A stretch of DNA of 61,295 bases, counting the filler. It is 4 parts of 4 records of this genome, joined end to end, with 100 filler letters (N's around TTAATTAATTAA, not from the genome) between each part and the next. Parts side by side here need not be neighbours in the genome. Positions count along the whole stretch, not along the records: positions 16,745 to 48,401 come from DRR378314_830; 3 more parts are not named here. One strand, given 5' to 3'. Position 1 is the stretch's first letter. Every line of letters starts with the position of its first letter. Positions 26,382 to 39,283 of the stretch are shown here, piece after piece. Below the pieces are notes generated by a model that worked only from the letters and a program-made list of their open reading frames with translations, made no database searches and was not told where the DNA came from. Made by a program: the position numbers and the translations under genes.

Positions 26382-27263
26382 ATGTCCCCGTCCGCCGCCG
26401 GCATCCCGCAGGTAGAGAGTTTTTTCGATCCGGTCACCAATACCGTCAGCTATGTGGTTATCGACCCGCAAAGTCGACGCTGCGCGCTGGTGGATTCGGT
26501 GCTCGACTATGACGCCGCCTCCGGGCACACCAGCTACGCCGGCGCGCAAAAGCTGGTGGACTTCGTGCGCGCCCAGAACCTGACCGTGGACTGGCTGCTG
26601 GAAACCCATGTGCACGCCGACCATCTATCCGCCGCCCCCTGGCTGCAGGAGCAGGTGGGCGGCAAGCTCGCCATCGGCGACCACATCCGCACCGTCCAGC
26701 ACACCTTCGGCAAGGTGTTCAACGCCGGCACCGACTTCGCCCGCGACGGCAGCCAGTTCGATCACCTGTTCCATGACGGCGACCGCTACCAGGTCGGCGA
26801 ATTGCAGGCCAGCGCCCTGCACACCCCCGGCCATACGCCCGCCTGCATGAGCCATCTGATCGGCGACGCCCTCTTTGTCGGCGACACCCTGTTCATGCCC
26901 GACTACGGCACCGCCCGTTGCGACTTTCCCGGCGGCGACGCGCGCACCCTGTACCGCTCGATCCGCAAGCTGCTGGCGCTGCCCGACGAGACCCGCGTAT
27001 TCCTTTGCCATGACTACCTGCCGGAAGGACGTGACCGGTTCTGCTGGCAGACCACCATCGGCGAGCAGCGCCGTCACAACATCCATGTGCACGAGGGCAT
27101 CAGCGAGGCGCAATTCGTCGCCATGCGCGAAGAGCGCGACGCCACCCTTGGCATGCCACGCCTGATTCTGCCTTCGGTACAGGTGAACATGCGCGCCGGA
27201 CATTTGCCGCCGCCGGAGGACAACGGCGTGCAGTACATGAAAATTCCGTTGAACCGTCTTTGA
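26382..27263 (+). CDS. Persulfide dioxygenase (ETHE1/SdoA/Blh-type metallo-beta-lactamase fold)
   Basis: 'LETHVHADH', 'HTPGHTPAC', '[21 protein letters not shown]', 'CHDY' and '[10 protein letters not shown]'. Confidence 0.9.
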   Translation: MSPSAAGIPQVESFFDPVTNTVSYVVIDPQSRRCALVDSVLDYDAASGHTSYAGAQKLVDFVRAQNLTVDWLLETHVHADHLSAAPWLQEQVGGKLAIGDHIRTVQHTFGKVFNAGTDFARDGSQFDHLFHDGDRYQVGELQASALHTPGHTPACMSHLIGDALFVGDTLFMPDYGTARCDFPGGDARTLYRSIRKLLALPDETRVFLCHDYLPEGRDRFCWQTTIGEQRRHNIHVHEGISEAQFVAMREERDATLGMPRLILPSVQVNMRAGHLPPPEDNGVQYMKIPLNRL

Positions 27264-27273
27264 GGAGCAGCCG

Positions 27274-28941
27274 ATGTCGGACTACAAACGCCTATCGCCC
27301 AACCTGGCCGTGGCCGGGCAAATCCAGCCCGGCCAGCTGGAGGACATCGCCCGGCAGGGTTTCCACACCGTCATCAACAACCGCCCGGACGGTGAGGGTG
27401 ACGACCAGCCCACCAGCGACGCGCTGAAGCAGGCGGCCCGCGCCGCCGGGCTGGCCTATTACCACCTGCCGGTGACGCCCGGCGATATCCGTGACACCGA
27501 CGTCATGGGGTTCGCCGGGCTGATGCAGCAGGCGCGGGGCCCGGTGCTGGCGTTTTGCCGCACCGGCAACCGCAGCAGCTCACTGTGGGCGCTGTCGGAA
27601 AGCACGCGCACCGACCCGGAAACGCTGATCGCCACCGCCGACCAGGCCGGCTATGACCTGAGCAAGCAGGAAGCGCGTCTGCAACAACGCTGGCGGGCCG
27701 GCCCCGGGGCACAGCCGCAACCCGGCCATTCCGCGGCCACCACCTGGGACGTGCTGGTGGTGGGCGGTGGTGCCGGCGGTCTGGCGGCCGCCGCCAGCCT
27801 GCTCAAACGCCGGCCGTCGCTGAGCATCGCGGTGATCGAGCCCGCCGACACCCATTACTACCAGCCCGCCTGGACCCTGGTGGGCGGCGGCGCCTTCGAC
27901 CCCGCCGACACCGCCCGGCCGATGGCCTCGGTGATGCCCCGGGGCGTGAAGTGGATCCAGTCACGGGTGGAAGCCTTCGTGCCGGAACAGAATCAGGTGG
28001 TGCTGGACGACGGCGGCCGGGTCAGCTACCGCATGCTGGTGGCCGCCCCGGGCCTGGAGCTGCATCTGGACGGCGTGGAGGGTCTGCGCGACGGGCTGGG
28101 CCGCAACGGCGTCACCTCCAATTACCTGTTCGAATACGCGCCCTACACCTGGCAGTGCGTACGCGACCTGCGCCAGGGCCGCGCCCTGTTCACACAACCG
28201 CCGATGCCGATCAAATGCGCCGGCGCGCCGCAGAAGGCGCTCTATCTGTCCTGTGACCACTGGCGCAGACAGCATCGCTTGAGCAATATCGACGTGCGGT
28301 TCCACAACGCCGGCGGCGTACTGTTCGGGGTGGAAACCTTCGTGCCGCCGCTGATGGAATACATGCGCCGCTATCAGGTGGGGCTGAACTTCAACAGCAC
28401 CCTGAAAGCGGTGGACGCCGGCGCCCGTAAAGCCTGGTTCGTGGACACCGATGCGGACGGCAACCGCCAGGAGCGCGAAGAAGCCTTCGACATGCTGCAT
28501 GTCACGCCGCCGCAGCGGGCGCCGCGCTGCGTGCGAGACAGCGCCCTGGCCAACGACGCCGGCTGGCTGGACGCGGATCCCGACACCCTGCGCCATAACC
28601 GTTTCGAAAACGTGTTCGCCATCGGCGACGCCAGCGGCACCGGCAACGCCAAAACCGCCGCGGCGGTGCGCAAGCAGGCGCCGGTGGTGGCCGTCAATCT
28701 GCTCGCCACCCTGGACGGCAAGCCGATGAGCGGCCGCTATCAGGGCTACGGCGCCTGCCCGCTGACCGTGGAAAAGGGCAAGGTGATCCTGGCGGAGTTC
28801 GGTTATCAGGGGGCGCTGCAACCCAGCTTCCCGCTGGACCCCACCAAGGCGCGCAGCAGCTACTGGTGGCTGAAATCGAAAGCCATGCCGCGTATTTACT
28901 TTGATTTGATGCTGAAAGGTCGCGAATGGCTTACCGGCTGA
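27274..28941 (+). CDS. sqr: DUF442 (TIGR01244) sulfurtransferase fused to sulfide:quinone oxidoreductase
   Basis: N-terminal 'INNRPDGE...FCRTGNRS'; FAD motif GGGAGG, '[11 protein letters not shown]' and redox cysteines 'IKCAGAPQK' and 'YGACPL'. Confidence 0.88.
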   Translation: MSDYKRLSPNLAVAGQIQPGQLEDIARQGFHTVINNRPDGEGDDQPTSDALKQAARAAGLAYYHLPVTPGDIRDTDVMGFAGLMQQARGPVLAFCRTGNRSSSLWALSESTRTDPETLIATADQAGYDLSKQEARLQQRWRAGPGAQPQPGHSAATTWDVLVVGGGAGGLAAAASLLKRRPSLSIAVIEPADTHYYQPAWTLVGGGAFDPADTARPMASVMPRGVKWIQSRVEAFVPEQNQVVLDDGGRVSYRMLVAAPGLELHLDGVEGLRDGLGRNGVTSNYLFEYAPYTWQCVRDLRQGRALFTQPPMPIKCAGAPQKALYLSCDHWRRQHRLSNIDVRFHNAGGVLFGVETFVPPLMEYMRRYQVGLNFNSTLKAVDAGARKAWFVDTDADGNRQEREEAFDMLHVTPPQRAPRCVRDSALANDAGWLDADPDTLRHNRFENVFAIGDASGTGNAKTAAAVRKQAPVVAVNLLATLDGKPMSGRYQGYGACPLTVEKGKVILAEFGYQGALQPSFPLDPTKARSSYWWLKSKAMPRIYFDLMLKGREWLTG

Positions 28942-30665
28942 CCCTGGCCCCCTGGCTGAAAGGCTACCGGCCCGGCGACGCCGCCGCCGACGGCCTGGCG
29001 GCGCTGATCGTCACCCTGATGCTGATCCCGCAGAGCCTGGCCTATGCGCTGGTCGCCGGGGTGCCGGCGCAAATGGGCCTGTACGCCAGCATCCTTCCCT
29101 TGCTCGCTTACGCCCTGTTCGGTTCCAGCCGCACCCTGGCGGTGGGGCCGGTGGCGGTAGTGTCGCTGATGACGGCGGCCGCCGCCGGTCAGGTGGCCGG
29201 CGGCGACAGCGGCGCCTACCTGGCGGCCACGGTGATACTGGCGCTGCTCTCCGGCGTCTTCCTGGTCGCCATGGGCCTGCTGCGCCTGGGCTGGATCGCC
29301 AACCTGCTCAGCCATTCGGTGATCAGCGGCTTTATCACCGCTTCCGGGCTGTTGATCGCCGCCAGCCAGCTTAAGCACCTGCTGGGCATTCCGATGCAAG
29401 GCGACACGCTTTGGGAACTGGGACTGTCGGCGTTCCGCGAGGCCGCCAGCGTCAACGGCCCCACCCTGCTGGTGGGCGCCGCCGCCCTGCTCTTCCTGCT
29501 GTGGGCGCGCGGCCCGTTGAAGCGGCTGCTGGCACGCACGCCGCTGCCGCCCATGCTCGCCGATCTGCTCGCCAAGGCCGGGCCGGTGCTGGCGGTGATC
29601 GGCACCACCGTGGCGGTGGCGGCCGGCGACCTGCAAAGCCAGGGCGTGGCGGTAGTCGGCGCCATCCCCGGCGGCCTGCCGGCGCTGTCGTTGCCGGCGT
29701 TCGACGCCGGGGTGTGGGGCCAGCTGGCGCTGCCGGCACTGCTGATCAGCCTGATCGGTTTCGTGGAGTCGGTATCGGTGGCGCAGACCCTGGCCGCCAA
29801 GCGGCGCCAACGGATCGACAGCAATGCCGAGCTGATCGGCCTGGGTACCGCCAATCTGGCGTCCGGGGTCAGTGGCGGTTTCCCGGTTACCGGCGGCTTC
29901 TCGCGCTCGGTGGTCAATTTCGATGCCGGCGCCCGCAGCCCCATGGCCGGCGTATTCACCGCCGGCGGCATCGCGCTCACAGCGCTGTTTTTCACCCCCT
30001 GGTTTTACTACCTGCCCAAGGCCACCCTGGCGGCGACCATCATCGTGGCGGTGCTGGCCCTGGTGGACCTGGGCGCGCTGCGGCGCGCCTGGCGCTACTC
30101 CAAGGCGGATTTCACCGCCATGCTGGTGACCCTGGCCGGGGTGCTGCTGGCGGGGGTGGAGATCGGCGTGATCGCCGGGGTGGGCGCGGCGCTGGCGCTG
30201 CATTTGTGGCGCACCAGCCAGCCGCACATGGCGGAGCTGGGGCAGATGCCGGGCACCGAGCATTTTCGCAATGTGCGCCGCCACCCGGTGATCACCTCAC
30301 CCCGGGTGCTGTCGATCCGGGTGGACGAGTCCCTGTACTTCGCCAACGCCCGGCGCACCGAGGACGCCATCTACGACATGGCGCTGAATTGCGACGGCCG
30401 CCGCCATGTGGTGCTGCTCTGCTCGGCGATCAACCACATCGACGCCAGCGCCCTGGACAGCCTGGAAAGCCTGAACCGGCGCCTGCTGGACGCCGGCGTC
30501 ACCCTGCATCTGTCGGAGGTGAAGGGCCCGGTGATGGACCAGCTGAAACGCAGCGACTTTCTCGAACAGCTCAGCGGCGAGGTGTTCATGACCCACTACC
30601 AGGCGCTGGCAACGCTCGACCCCGAGACCAGCGAACGGGCCGCCGACGACAAGCCACACGCTTGA
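28926..30665 (+). CDS. SulP/SLC26 anion transporter with STAS domain
   Basis: 'LIPQSLAYA', 'FGSSRTLAVGP' and 'GGFSRS'; STAS 'RVDESLYFAN...IDASAL'. Confidence 0.92.
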   Translation: MAYRLTLAPWLKGYRPGDAAADGLAALIVTLMLIPQSLAYALVAGVPAQMGLYASILPLLAYALFGSSRTLAVGPVAVVSLMTAAAAGQVAGGDSGAYLAATVILALLSGVFLVAMGLLRLGWIANLLSHSVISGFITASGLLIAASQLKHLLGIPMQGDTLWELGLSAFREAASVNGPTLLVGAAALLFLLWARGPLKRLLARTPLPPMLADLLAKAGPVLAVIGTTVAVAAGDLQSQGVAVVGAIPGGLPALSLPAFDAGVWGQLALPALLISLIGFVESVSVAQTLAAKRRQRIDSNAELIGLGTANLASGVSGGFPVTGGFSRSVVNFDAGARSPMAGVFTAGGIALTALFFTPWFYYLPKATLAATIIVAVLALVDLGALRRAWRYSKADFTAMLVTLAGVLLAGVEIGVIAGVGAALALHLWRTSQPHMAELGQMPGTEHFRNVRRHPVITSPRVLSIRVDESLYFANARRTEDAIYDMALNCDGRRHVVLLCSAINHIDASALDSLESLNRRLLDAGVTLHLSEVKGPVMDQLKRSDFLEQLSGEVFMTHYQALATLDPETSERAADDKPHA

Positions 30666-30674
30666 AGCGTGCCG

Positions 30675-31301
30675 CTACCGGAAATAGCGCAAGTAATACC
30701 AGATCAGCGCGGCCCACTCGCGCCAGATCACCGGCACCTGCGACAGCGCCCCGGCAGAGGGCGCCCAGGCCGGCTTGGGCAGCGATTCCAGCGCCACCGC
30801 CTCGACCCGCAGCCCGTGGCGCTGGAAGCAGAGTATCGCGCGCGGCATGTGGGCGCGGTCGGTGACCACCACCACCGACTTCACCCCCAGAGGCCGCAGC
30901 AGGGCGGCGGTGTTGCGGGCGTTTTCCCAGGTGCTGCGGCTGTTCGGTTCGATGTGGGTGCGGGCCTCCGGCCAGACGCGCAGCACTTCCTGCGCCATCA
31001 TCGCCGCTTCGGAATCGTCCGGGTCGGCGGGGGCGTGGTCCTCGGCGCCGCCGCTTAACACGATCGGCAGGTCGCGCTGCCAGGCCTCGCGCAGCCCGGC
31101 CTGGACCCGCCGCAGGCCGGTGGGGTTGAGCCGGTAGTCCTGGCCGTCGCGCTGCCGACCGGCACCCAGCACCACCACCGCGCCCGGGCGCGCACCGGGC
31201 TCCTTGGCCGGTAACGGCGGATAGAACTGCCGCACCACCGCCGGCAGGGTGGCGCCGATCAGCACCAGTGCCAGGGCGGCGGTGATCAACATACCGCGCA
31301 T
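30675..31301 (-). CDS. YdcF/DUF218 (ElyC-like) protein
   Basis: 'VVVLGAG', 'IVLSGG', 'SEA..M', 'EPNSRSTWENA', 'VTDRAHMPRA' and 'REWAA'; start inferred at MRGML. Confidence 0.85.
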   Translation of the reverse strand: MRGMLITAALALVLIGATLPAVVRQFYPPLPAKEPGARPGAVVVLGAGRQRDGQDYRLNPTGLRRVQAGLREAWQRDLPIVLSGGAEDHAPADPDDSEAAMMAQEVLRVWPEARTHIEPNSRSTWENARNTAALLRPLGVKSVVVVTDRAHMPRAILCFQRHGLRVEAVALESLPKPAWAPSAGALSQVPVIWREWAALIWYYLRYFR

Positions 31302-31366
31302 CCGCTGTCTGCCCGCCTTATGCTCATGTATCCTAGGCCCCTTGCAGATATCATCCCGTTTATTAA

Positions 31367-33859
<2,493 letters not shown>

Positions 33860-33879
33860 ACATTGATCGGAGACCGCCA

Positions 33880-34389
33880 GTGATACGTCACGCCCGAACC
33901 GCCCTGCTGCTCACCGCCGCCGCCCTGCTGCTGGCGGCCTGCTCCGGCTGGCAACTGCGCGGTCAGACCTCCACGCCGGAGCTGGAGTCGATCACCCTGG
34001 ACGGCGCCAGCGCCCGGCTTCGCTACACCCTGGAGGACGAGCTGGAACCCAGCGGCGTGCTGATCCACGGCGAATCACAGAACATCGTGATGATTCTCGA
34101 CGAACGCTGGGACAGCCGCACCGCGGCGGTGGACGCCCGCGGCCGCGCCGCCGAGCGCGAGCTGCGCTACGAAATCACCTGGCAACTGGTGGACCGCGAC
34201 ACCGAGGCGATGCTCAACCCGCCACGGCGTATTTCCGCCCTGCGCAGCTTCGCCTACTCGCCGGATAACGTCACCGCCACCTCCGACGAGGAAGAACTGG
34301 TGCGCGACGATCTCTACGAGGATGTGGCCTACCGGCTGATCAACCAGCTGGCCAACGCCGCCCGCAAAATCGACAGCCGGAACCGCTAG
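33880..34389 (+). CDS. lptE: LPS assembly lipoprotein LptE
   Basis: Lipobox LAA|C-SGWQLRG; position between leuS and holA. Confidence 0.88.
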   Translation: MIRHARTALLLTAAALLLAACSGWQLRGQTSTPELESITLDGASARLRYTLEDELEPSGVLIHGESQNIVMILDERWDSRTAAVDARGRAAERELRYEITWQLVDRDTEAMLNPPRRISALRSFAYSPDNVTATSDEEELVRDDLYEDVAYRLINQLANAARKIDSRNR

Positions 34390-34394
34390 CCGCC

Positions 34395-35396
34395 ATGCGC
34401 CTGCGTGTGGAGCAACTCGCCAAGCACCTGCAAAACGACCTGCTGCCGGTCTATCTGGTGGCCGGCGACGAGCCCCTGCAGCAGGACGAATGCCTGGATG
34501 CCCTGCGCGCCAGCGCCCGCCAGAAAGGCTTCGACGAGCGCCACCGTTTCAGCGCCGACACCGGCATCGACTGGAACGCCCTGCTCAATGAATCGCAAAG
34601 CATGAGCCTGTTCGGCGGCCGCCGGATTCTGGAACTGGTGCTGCTGGAAAAGCGCCCGGACAAAGCCGGCAGCCAGATCCTGCGCGATCTGCTCGACCAC
34701 CCCAACGACGACACCCTGATTCTGATCCGCTGCTCGCGGCTGGACCGCCGCAAGGACTGGAACAGCGCCTGGGTCAAGGCGGTGGAAAAGGTCGGCGCCG
34801 TAGTGGAGATCTGGCCGGTGGAAGGCAAGCAGCTGCAGCACTGGCTGCGCGACCGGCTCGCCGGGCTCAAGTTGACCATCGACGACGACGCCCTGGAACT
34901 GCTGATCCAGCGCAGCGAAGGCAACCTGCTGGCCGCCGCCCAGGAAGTGGACAAGCTCGCCCTGCTGGCCACGGACGGCCGCGTCGACGCCGCCACCGTG
35001 CAGCAGGCGGTGGGCGATTCCAGCCGCTACACGCCGTTCGACCTCACCGACGCCACCAGCGGCGGCGACGCCAACCGGGCGCTGCGCATTCTGCGCACCC
35101 TGCGCGCCGAAGGCGTGGAAGCGCCGGTGGTGCTGTGGGCCCTGGGCCGGGAAATCCGCGCCCTGGACGCGCTCGCCACCGGCGGCGCCCCGCCGCGCCT
35201 GCCGCCCCAGCGGCTGCGCGCTCTGCAGGCCCAGGCCGGGCGCATGCCGCCGCGCCAGCTGCACCAGTGCCAAGCGCTGGCGATCCGCGCCGACCAGGCC
35301 GTCAAAGGCATGGGGCCCGGTGATCCGTGGCAGTTTCTCGCCGGGCTGGTGCTGCGCCTGTGCGGCAAGCCGCTGCCGGCGATCCTGGAAAAGTAG
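34395..35396 (+). CDS. holA: DNA polymerase III delta subunit
   Basis: 'VYLVAGDEPL', 'SMSLFG' and 'EGNLLAAAQEVDKL'. Confidence 0.93.
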   Translation: MRLRVEQLAKHLQNDLLPVYLVAGDEPLQQDECLDALRASARQKGFDERHRFSADTGIDWNALLNESQSMSLFGGRRILELVLLEKRPDKAGSQILRDLLDHPNDDTLILIRCSRLDRRKDWNSAWVKAVEKVGAVVEIWPVEGKQLQHWLRDRLAGLKLTIDDDALELLIQRSEGNLLAAAQEVDKLALLATDGRVDAATVQQAVGDSSRYTPFDLTDATSGGDANRALRILRTLRAEGVEAPVVLWALGREIRALDALATGGAPPRLPPQRLRALQAQAGRMPPRQLHQCQALAIRADQAVKGMGPGDPWQFLAGLVLRLCGKPLPAILEK

Positions 35397-35509
35397 CCGC
35401 CGGAACCGGCCAAGCAATACAGGCCATGTTTTGGCCTCTTCGTCCCGGGTGCCGCCGGGTCGCCTTTGCTAGCCTTCGGCGTTGCGATTCCACCACAGGC
35501 AGCATAGCC

Positions 35510-36364
35510 ATGGACAAGCACGCCCCGGACACCTCGTCGATCAGCTTCACCGCGCTCTATACCGGCCAGGTATGGGTGCGCAACGGCCTCTCCGAGCCGT
35601 TCTTCCAGACCCGCTCGGGGGCGCTGCTGTACGGCGCCATGAGCCCCATGGAAGCGCTCGGCAAGCGGGTACTGGGCGGCAATATCCGCACCTTCCTGCT
35701 GCAGCGCCACCATCTGATCGACGCGCGCCTGGAGGCGCTGATCGAGCAGCATCCGGATTTGCAGGTGGTGGAGATCGCCTGCGGGCTGTCACCGCGCGGC
35801 TGCCGCTTCCGGCAACGCTTTCCGTCGATCACCTATGTGGAGGCGGACCTGCCCGACATGGCCGACCGCAAACGCCGCCTGCTGGCCGCCAAGGGCTTCT
35901 TAAGCGCCACCCACCGCGTGGCGCCGGTGAACATTCTCGCCGAGGACGGCCCGGACAGCGTCGCCGCCCTGCTCGACGGCCTGGACCCGGCGCGGCCGGT
36001 GGCGGTGATCACCGAGGGGCTGATCAACTACTTCAGCCTGGACACGGTGACGCCGTTCTGGGGCCGGCTGGCCGCCGGCCTGCGGCGTTTTCCGCGCGGC
36101 GTGTATCTGAGCGACAACTACCCGCTGTACGCCAACATGCGCTTCCACCGCACGCTGAAAACCCTGGGCGGGTTGCTGGGCGCGATATCGCGCAGCCAGG
36201 TGGCGTTCCACTTCCGCTCCGACGCCGACACCGAGCGCCACTTCCTGAACCAGGGCTTCGACGCCCTCACCGTCCACGACCCGGCGGATTTCTACACCGC
36301 CCTGCCCATCCCCCGCACCCGCGGCACCCCCATGGTGCGCGTGCTCGAAGCTTCCGTCTCCTGA
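35510..36364 (+). CDS. Class I SAM methyltransferase, leucine-carboxyl-methyltransferase-like
   Basis: 'ISFTALYTG', '[12 protein letters not shown]', 'YVEADLP' and 'ITEGLINY'; ATG at 35510. Confidence 0.8.
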   Translation: MDKHAPDTSSISFTALYTGQVWVRNGLSEPFFQTRSGALLYGAMSPMEALGKRVLGGNIRTFLLQRHHLIDARLEALIEQHPDLQVVEIACGLSPRGCRFRQRFPSITYVEADLPDMADRKRRLLAAKGFLSATHRVAPVNILAEDGPDSVAALLDGLDPARPVAVITEGLINYFSLDTVTPFWGRLAAGLRRFPRGVYLSDNYPLYANMRFHRTLKTLGGLLGAISRSQVAFHFRSDADTERHFLNQGFDALTVHDPADFYTALPIPRTRGTPMVRVLEASVS

Positions 36365-36449
36365 AAGCGCTGGTTTCGCCCGGGGCCGGGAAACGCCTAT
36401 ACTAGGCGCCTTCCGATTCTTTTCCGGTCAAACATTTTTCGGTCAGACA

Positions 36450-37724
36450 ATGGGCATCGCAGAGAACATGGACATCCAGCAGTACATGGCGACCGTGGGC
36501 GAACAGGCCCGCGGCGCGTCCCGGGCCATGGCCCGGGCCACCGCCGGCGACAAGAACGCCGCCCTGAGCGCCATCGCCGGCGCCCTGCGCGCGCACCGCA
36601 GCGCCATTCTCGACGCCAACCAGCGTGATCTGGCGCGTGGCCGGGACAGCGGCCTGGACGCGGCGCTGCTGGACCGCCTGGAACTGACCCCGGAGCGCTT
36701 CGACGGCATGGTGGAGGGGCTCGAGCAGGTGATCGCCCTGGCCGACCCGGTGGGCGGCATCACCGACCTGAACTACCGGCCCTCGGGCATCCAGGTGGGC
36801 AAGATGCGCGTGCCGCTGGGCGTGATCGGCATCATTTACGAGTCGCGCCCCAACGTCACCATCGACGCGGCGGCGCTGTGCCTGAAGTCCGGCAACGCGG
36901 CGATTCTGCGCGGCGGCTCCGAGGCCATCGATTCCAACCAGGCGATCGCCGAGTGCCTGCGCATCGGCCTGCGCGAAGCCGGCCTGCCGGAAACCGCCGT
37001 GCAGGTGATCGAGACCACCGACCGCGCCGCCGTGGGCGAGCTGATCACCCACCCCGAGTGGGTGGACGTGATCGTGCCGCGCGGCGGCAAGGGCCTGATC
37101 GAACGCATCAGCAACGACGCCCGGGTGCCGGTGATCAAGCATCTGGACGGCAACTGCCACGTCTACATCGACGCCCAGGCGGACGCCGGCAAGGCGATCA
37201 AGGTGGCCTACAACGCCAAGACCCAGCGCTACGGCACCTGCAACACCATGGAAACGCTGCTGGTGCACGCCGGCATCGCCGAACGGGTGCTGCCGGAGCT
37301 GGCCGCCCAGTATCAGGCCGCCGGCGTGGAGCTGCGCGGCTGCGAGCGCAGCCGGGCGCTGCTCGACGGCATCGGCGAAGCCACCGAAACCGACTGGGCC
37401 GAGGAATACCTGGCGCCGGTGCTGGCGATCAAGCTGGTGGACGGCCTGGACGAGGCGCTGGAGCACATCCACCGCTACAGTTCCGGGCACACCGAGTCGA
37501 TCATCACCGAAAACTACACCCTGGCGCGGCGGTTTCTCGCCGAGGTGGATTCCAGCTCGGTGATGGTCAACGCCTCCACCCGGTTCGCCGACGGCTTCGA
37601 GTACGGCCTGGGCGCGGAGATCGGCATCTCCACGGACAAGCTCCACGCCCGCGGGCCGGTGGGTCTGGAAGGGCTCACCAGCCAGAAGTGGGTGGTGCTC
37701 GGGGACGGGCATGTTCGGACGTGA
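36450..37724 (+). CDS. proA: Gamma-glutamyl phosphate reductase
   Basis: '[17 protein letters not shown]', catalytic 'TCNTMETLL', 'NASTRFADG' and 'HARGPVGL'; the start may be 36468. Confidence 0.96.
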   Translation: MGIAENMDIQQYMATVGEQARGASRAMARATAGDKNAALSAIAGALRAHRSAILDANQRDLARGRDSGLDAALLDRLELTPERFDGMVEGLEQVIALADPVGGITDLNYRPSGIQVGKMRVPLGVIGIIYESRPNVTIDAAALCLKSGNAAILRGGSEAIDSNQAIAECLRIGLREAGLPETAVQVIETTDRAAVGELITHPEWVDVIVPRGGKGLIERISNDARVPVIKHLDGNCHVYIDAQADAGKAIKVAYNAKTQRYGTCNTMETLLVHAGIAERVLPELAAQYQAAGVELRGCERSRALLDGIGEATETDWAEEYLAPVLAIKLVDGLDEALEHIHRYSSGHTESIITENYTLARRFLAEVDSSSVMVNASTRFADGFEYGLGAEIGISTDKLHARGPVGLEGLTSQKWVVLGDGHVRT

Positions 37725-38400
37725 TACCGCGTCCGACCTTCCTTTGATCCTGTTCGGCGGTACTTTCGACCCGATTCACCGTGCCCATCTGCGGGCCGCC
37801 CTGGCGGTATCCCGGGCGCTCGGCGATGCGCCGGTGCATCTGTTGCCCAACGCGGTGCCGCCGCACCGGCCCCAGCCCCTGGCCAACGGCGAGCAGCGGC
37901 TGGCCATGGTGCGCCGCGCCTGCGCCGGGCACAAACAGCTGGTCGCCGACGACTGGGAGCTGCGACACCCCAGCGGGCCGTCCTACACGCTGGCCACTCT
38001 GAAGCACTACAAACGGCTGATCGGCGCGCGCCCTCTGGTGTTCGTGGTGGGCGCGGACAGCTTCGCCGGTCTGCATCGCTGGCACCGTTGGCGGGAATTT
38101 CCCGCCCTCTGCCATCTGGCGGTGGTGCCACGCCCGCACAGCCCGCCGGCGCCGCTGTCGGTGCAGCGCGCCTTCCCGGCGGCGCCGGCGGCGCTGCTGC
38201 GCCGGCGGCCGGCGGGGCGGCGCCTGATGCTGCGCCGCCCGGAAATGGCGGTGGCCGCCACCGATATCCGCCGTGCTCTGCAGCACGATGGCGCCGATTA
38301 TCACCTGACACCGGCGGTGCTGGCCCATATCCGACGCCTGGGCCTGTATAATGCCGACACCGTTCACCCAACCCGTCACGCACACAACGAGGCCCCATGA
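37711..38400 (+). CDS. nadD: Nicotinate-nucleotide adenylyltransferase
   Basis: '[12 protein letters not shown]', 'PPHR', 'SYT' and 'VGADSF..LHRW'; proA-nadD-rsfS synteny. Confidence 0.9.
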   Translation: MFGRDTASDLPLILFGGTFDPIHRAHLRAALAVSRALGDAPVHLLPNAVPPHRPQPLANGEQRLAMVRRACAGHKQLVADDWELRHPSGPSYTLATLKHYKRLIGARPLVFVVGADSFAGLHRWHRWREFPALCHLAVVPRPHSPPAPLSVQRAFPAAPAALLRRRPAGRRLMLRRPEMAVAATDIRRALQHDGADYHLTPAVLAHIRRLGLYNADTVHPTRHAHNEAP

Positions 38401-38756
38401 GTTCTCAACCCCCTTTGCTGGATCTGGTAATCGACGCTCTGGAAGAAATGAAAGCCAAGAACATTACCAGCCTGGATGTGCGCGCCGTCACCAGCGTCGC
38501 CGACGACATGGTGATCGCCAGCGGCACCTCCAGCCGCCACGTCAAAGCCCTGGCGGATTCGGTGATGGAAAAGGCCAAGAAGTCCGGCTATAAGCCCCTG
38601 GGCACCGAGGGCGAGCGCGGCGCGGAGTGGATCCTGGTGGATCTGGGCGACGTGGTGGTGCATCTGATGCTGCCGGCGACCCGGGAGTTTTATGATCTGG
38701 AGCGCCTCTGGCAGAATCCGGCGCACCATCCGGACCGGTCGCCGCAAAGCGACTGA
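38397..38756 (+). CDS. rsfS: Ribosome silencing factor
   Basis: '[12 protein letters not shown]', '[12 protein letters not shown]' and '[10 protein letters not shown]'. Confidence 0.95.
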   Translation: MSSQPPLLDLVIDALEEMKAKNITSLDVRAVTSVADDMVIASGTSSRHVKALADSVMEKAKKSGYKPLGTEGERGAEWILVDLGDVVVHLMLPATREFYDLERLWQNPAHHPDRSPQSD

Positions 38757-38791
38757 CCCTTTGCCATTCACTTGCGCGGCGGGTGTGTTGT

Positions 38792-39262
38792 TTGCGTATT
38801 CATCTTCTGGCTGTCGGCGGCAAAATGCCCTCCTGGGTGATTCAGGGCTTCGGCGAGTATCAAAAAAGGATGCCGCCGGACATGCGCCTGGAACTCGAGG
38901 AGATTCCGCTGCCTAAGAGAAGCAAGGGGGACACCGCCGCCCTGGTGCGCGCCGAAGGCGAAGCACTGGAGAAGCGGCTGACGAAATACCCCGGCGCCCA
39001 TCAGGTGGCGCTCGAAGTGGGCGGCCGCGCGCTCTCCACCGAGCAGCTCAGCGAGCGCCTTGGTACCCTGAGGGATCTGGGCCAGGATCTGGTGGTGCTG
39101 GTGGGCGGGCCGGACGGTCTCTGCCCACGGGTGTCCGCCGCCGCCCATGAGCGCTGGTCTCTGTCACCGCTGACCCTGCCGCATCCGCTGGTGCGGGTTC
39201 TGCTCGCCGAGCAGTTGTATCGCGGCTGGACGCTGCTCGCCGGCCATCCGTATCATCGCTGA
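38792..39262 (+). CDS. rlmH: 23S rRNA m3-pseudouridine-1915 methyltransferase
   Basis: 'AVGGKMPSWV', 'VGGPDGL' and 'LTLPHPLVRVLLAEQLYR...HPYHR'; TTG start inferred. Confidence 0.95.
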   Translation: MRIHLLAVGGKMPSWVIQGFGEYQKRMPPDMRLELEEIPLPKRSKGDTAALVRAEGEALEKRLTKYPGAHQVALEVGGRALSTEQLSERLGTLRDLGQDLVVLVGGPDGLCPRVSAAAHERWSLSPLTLPHPLVRVLLAEQLYRGWTLLAGHPYHR

Positions 39263-39283
39263 ACCACCGACTATCAGGGCCCA

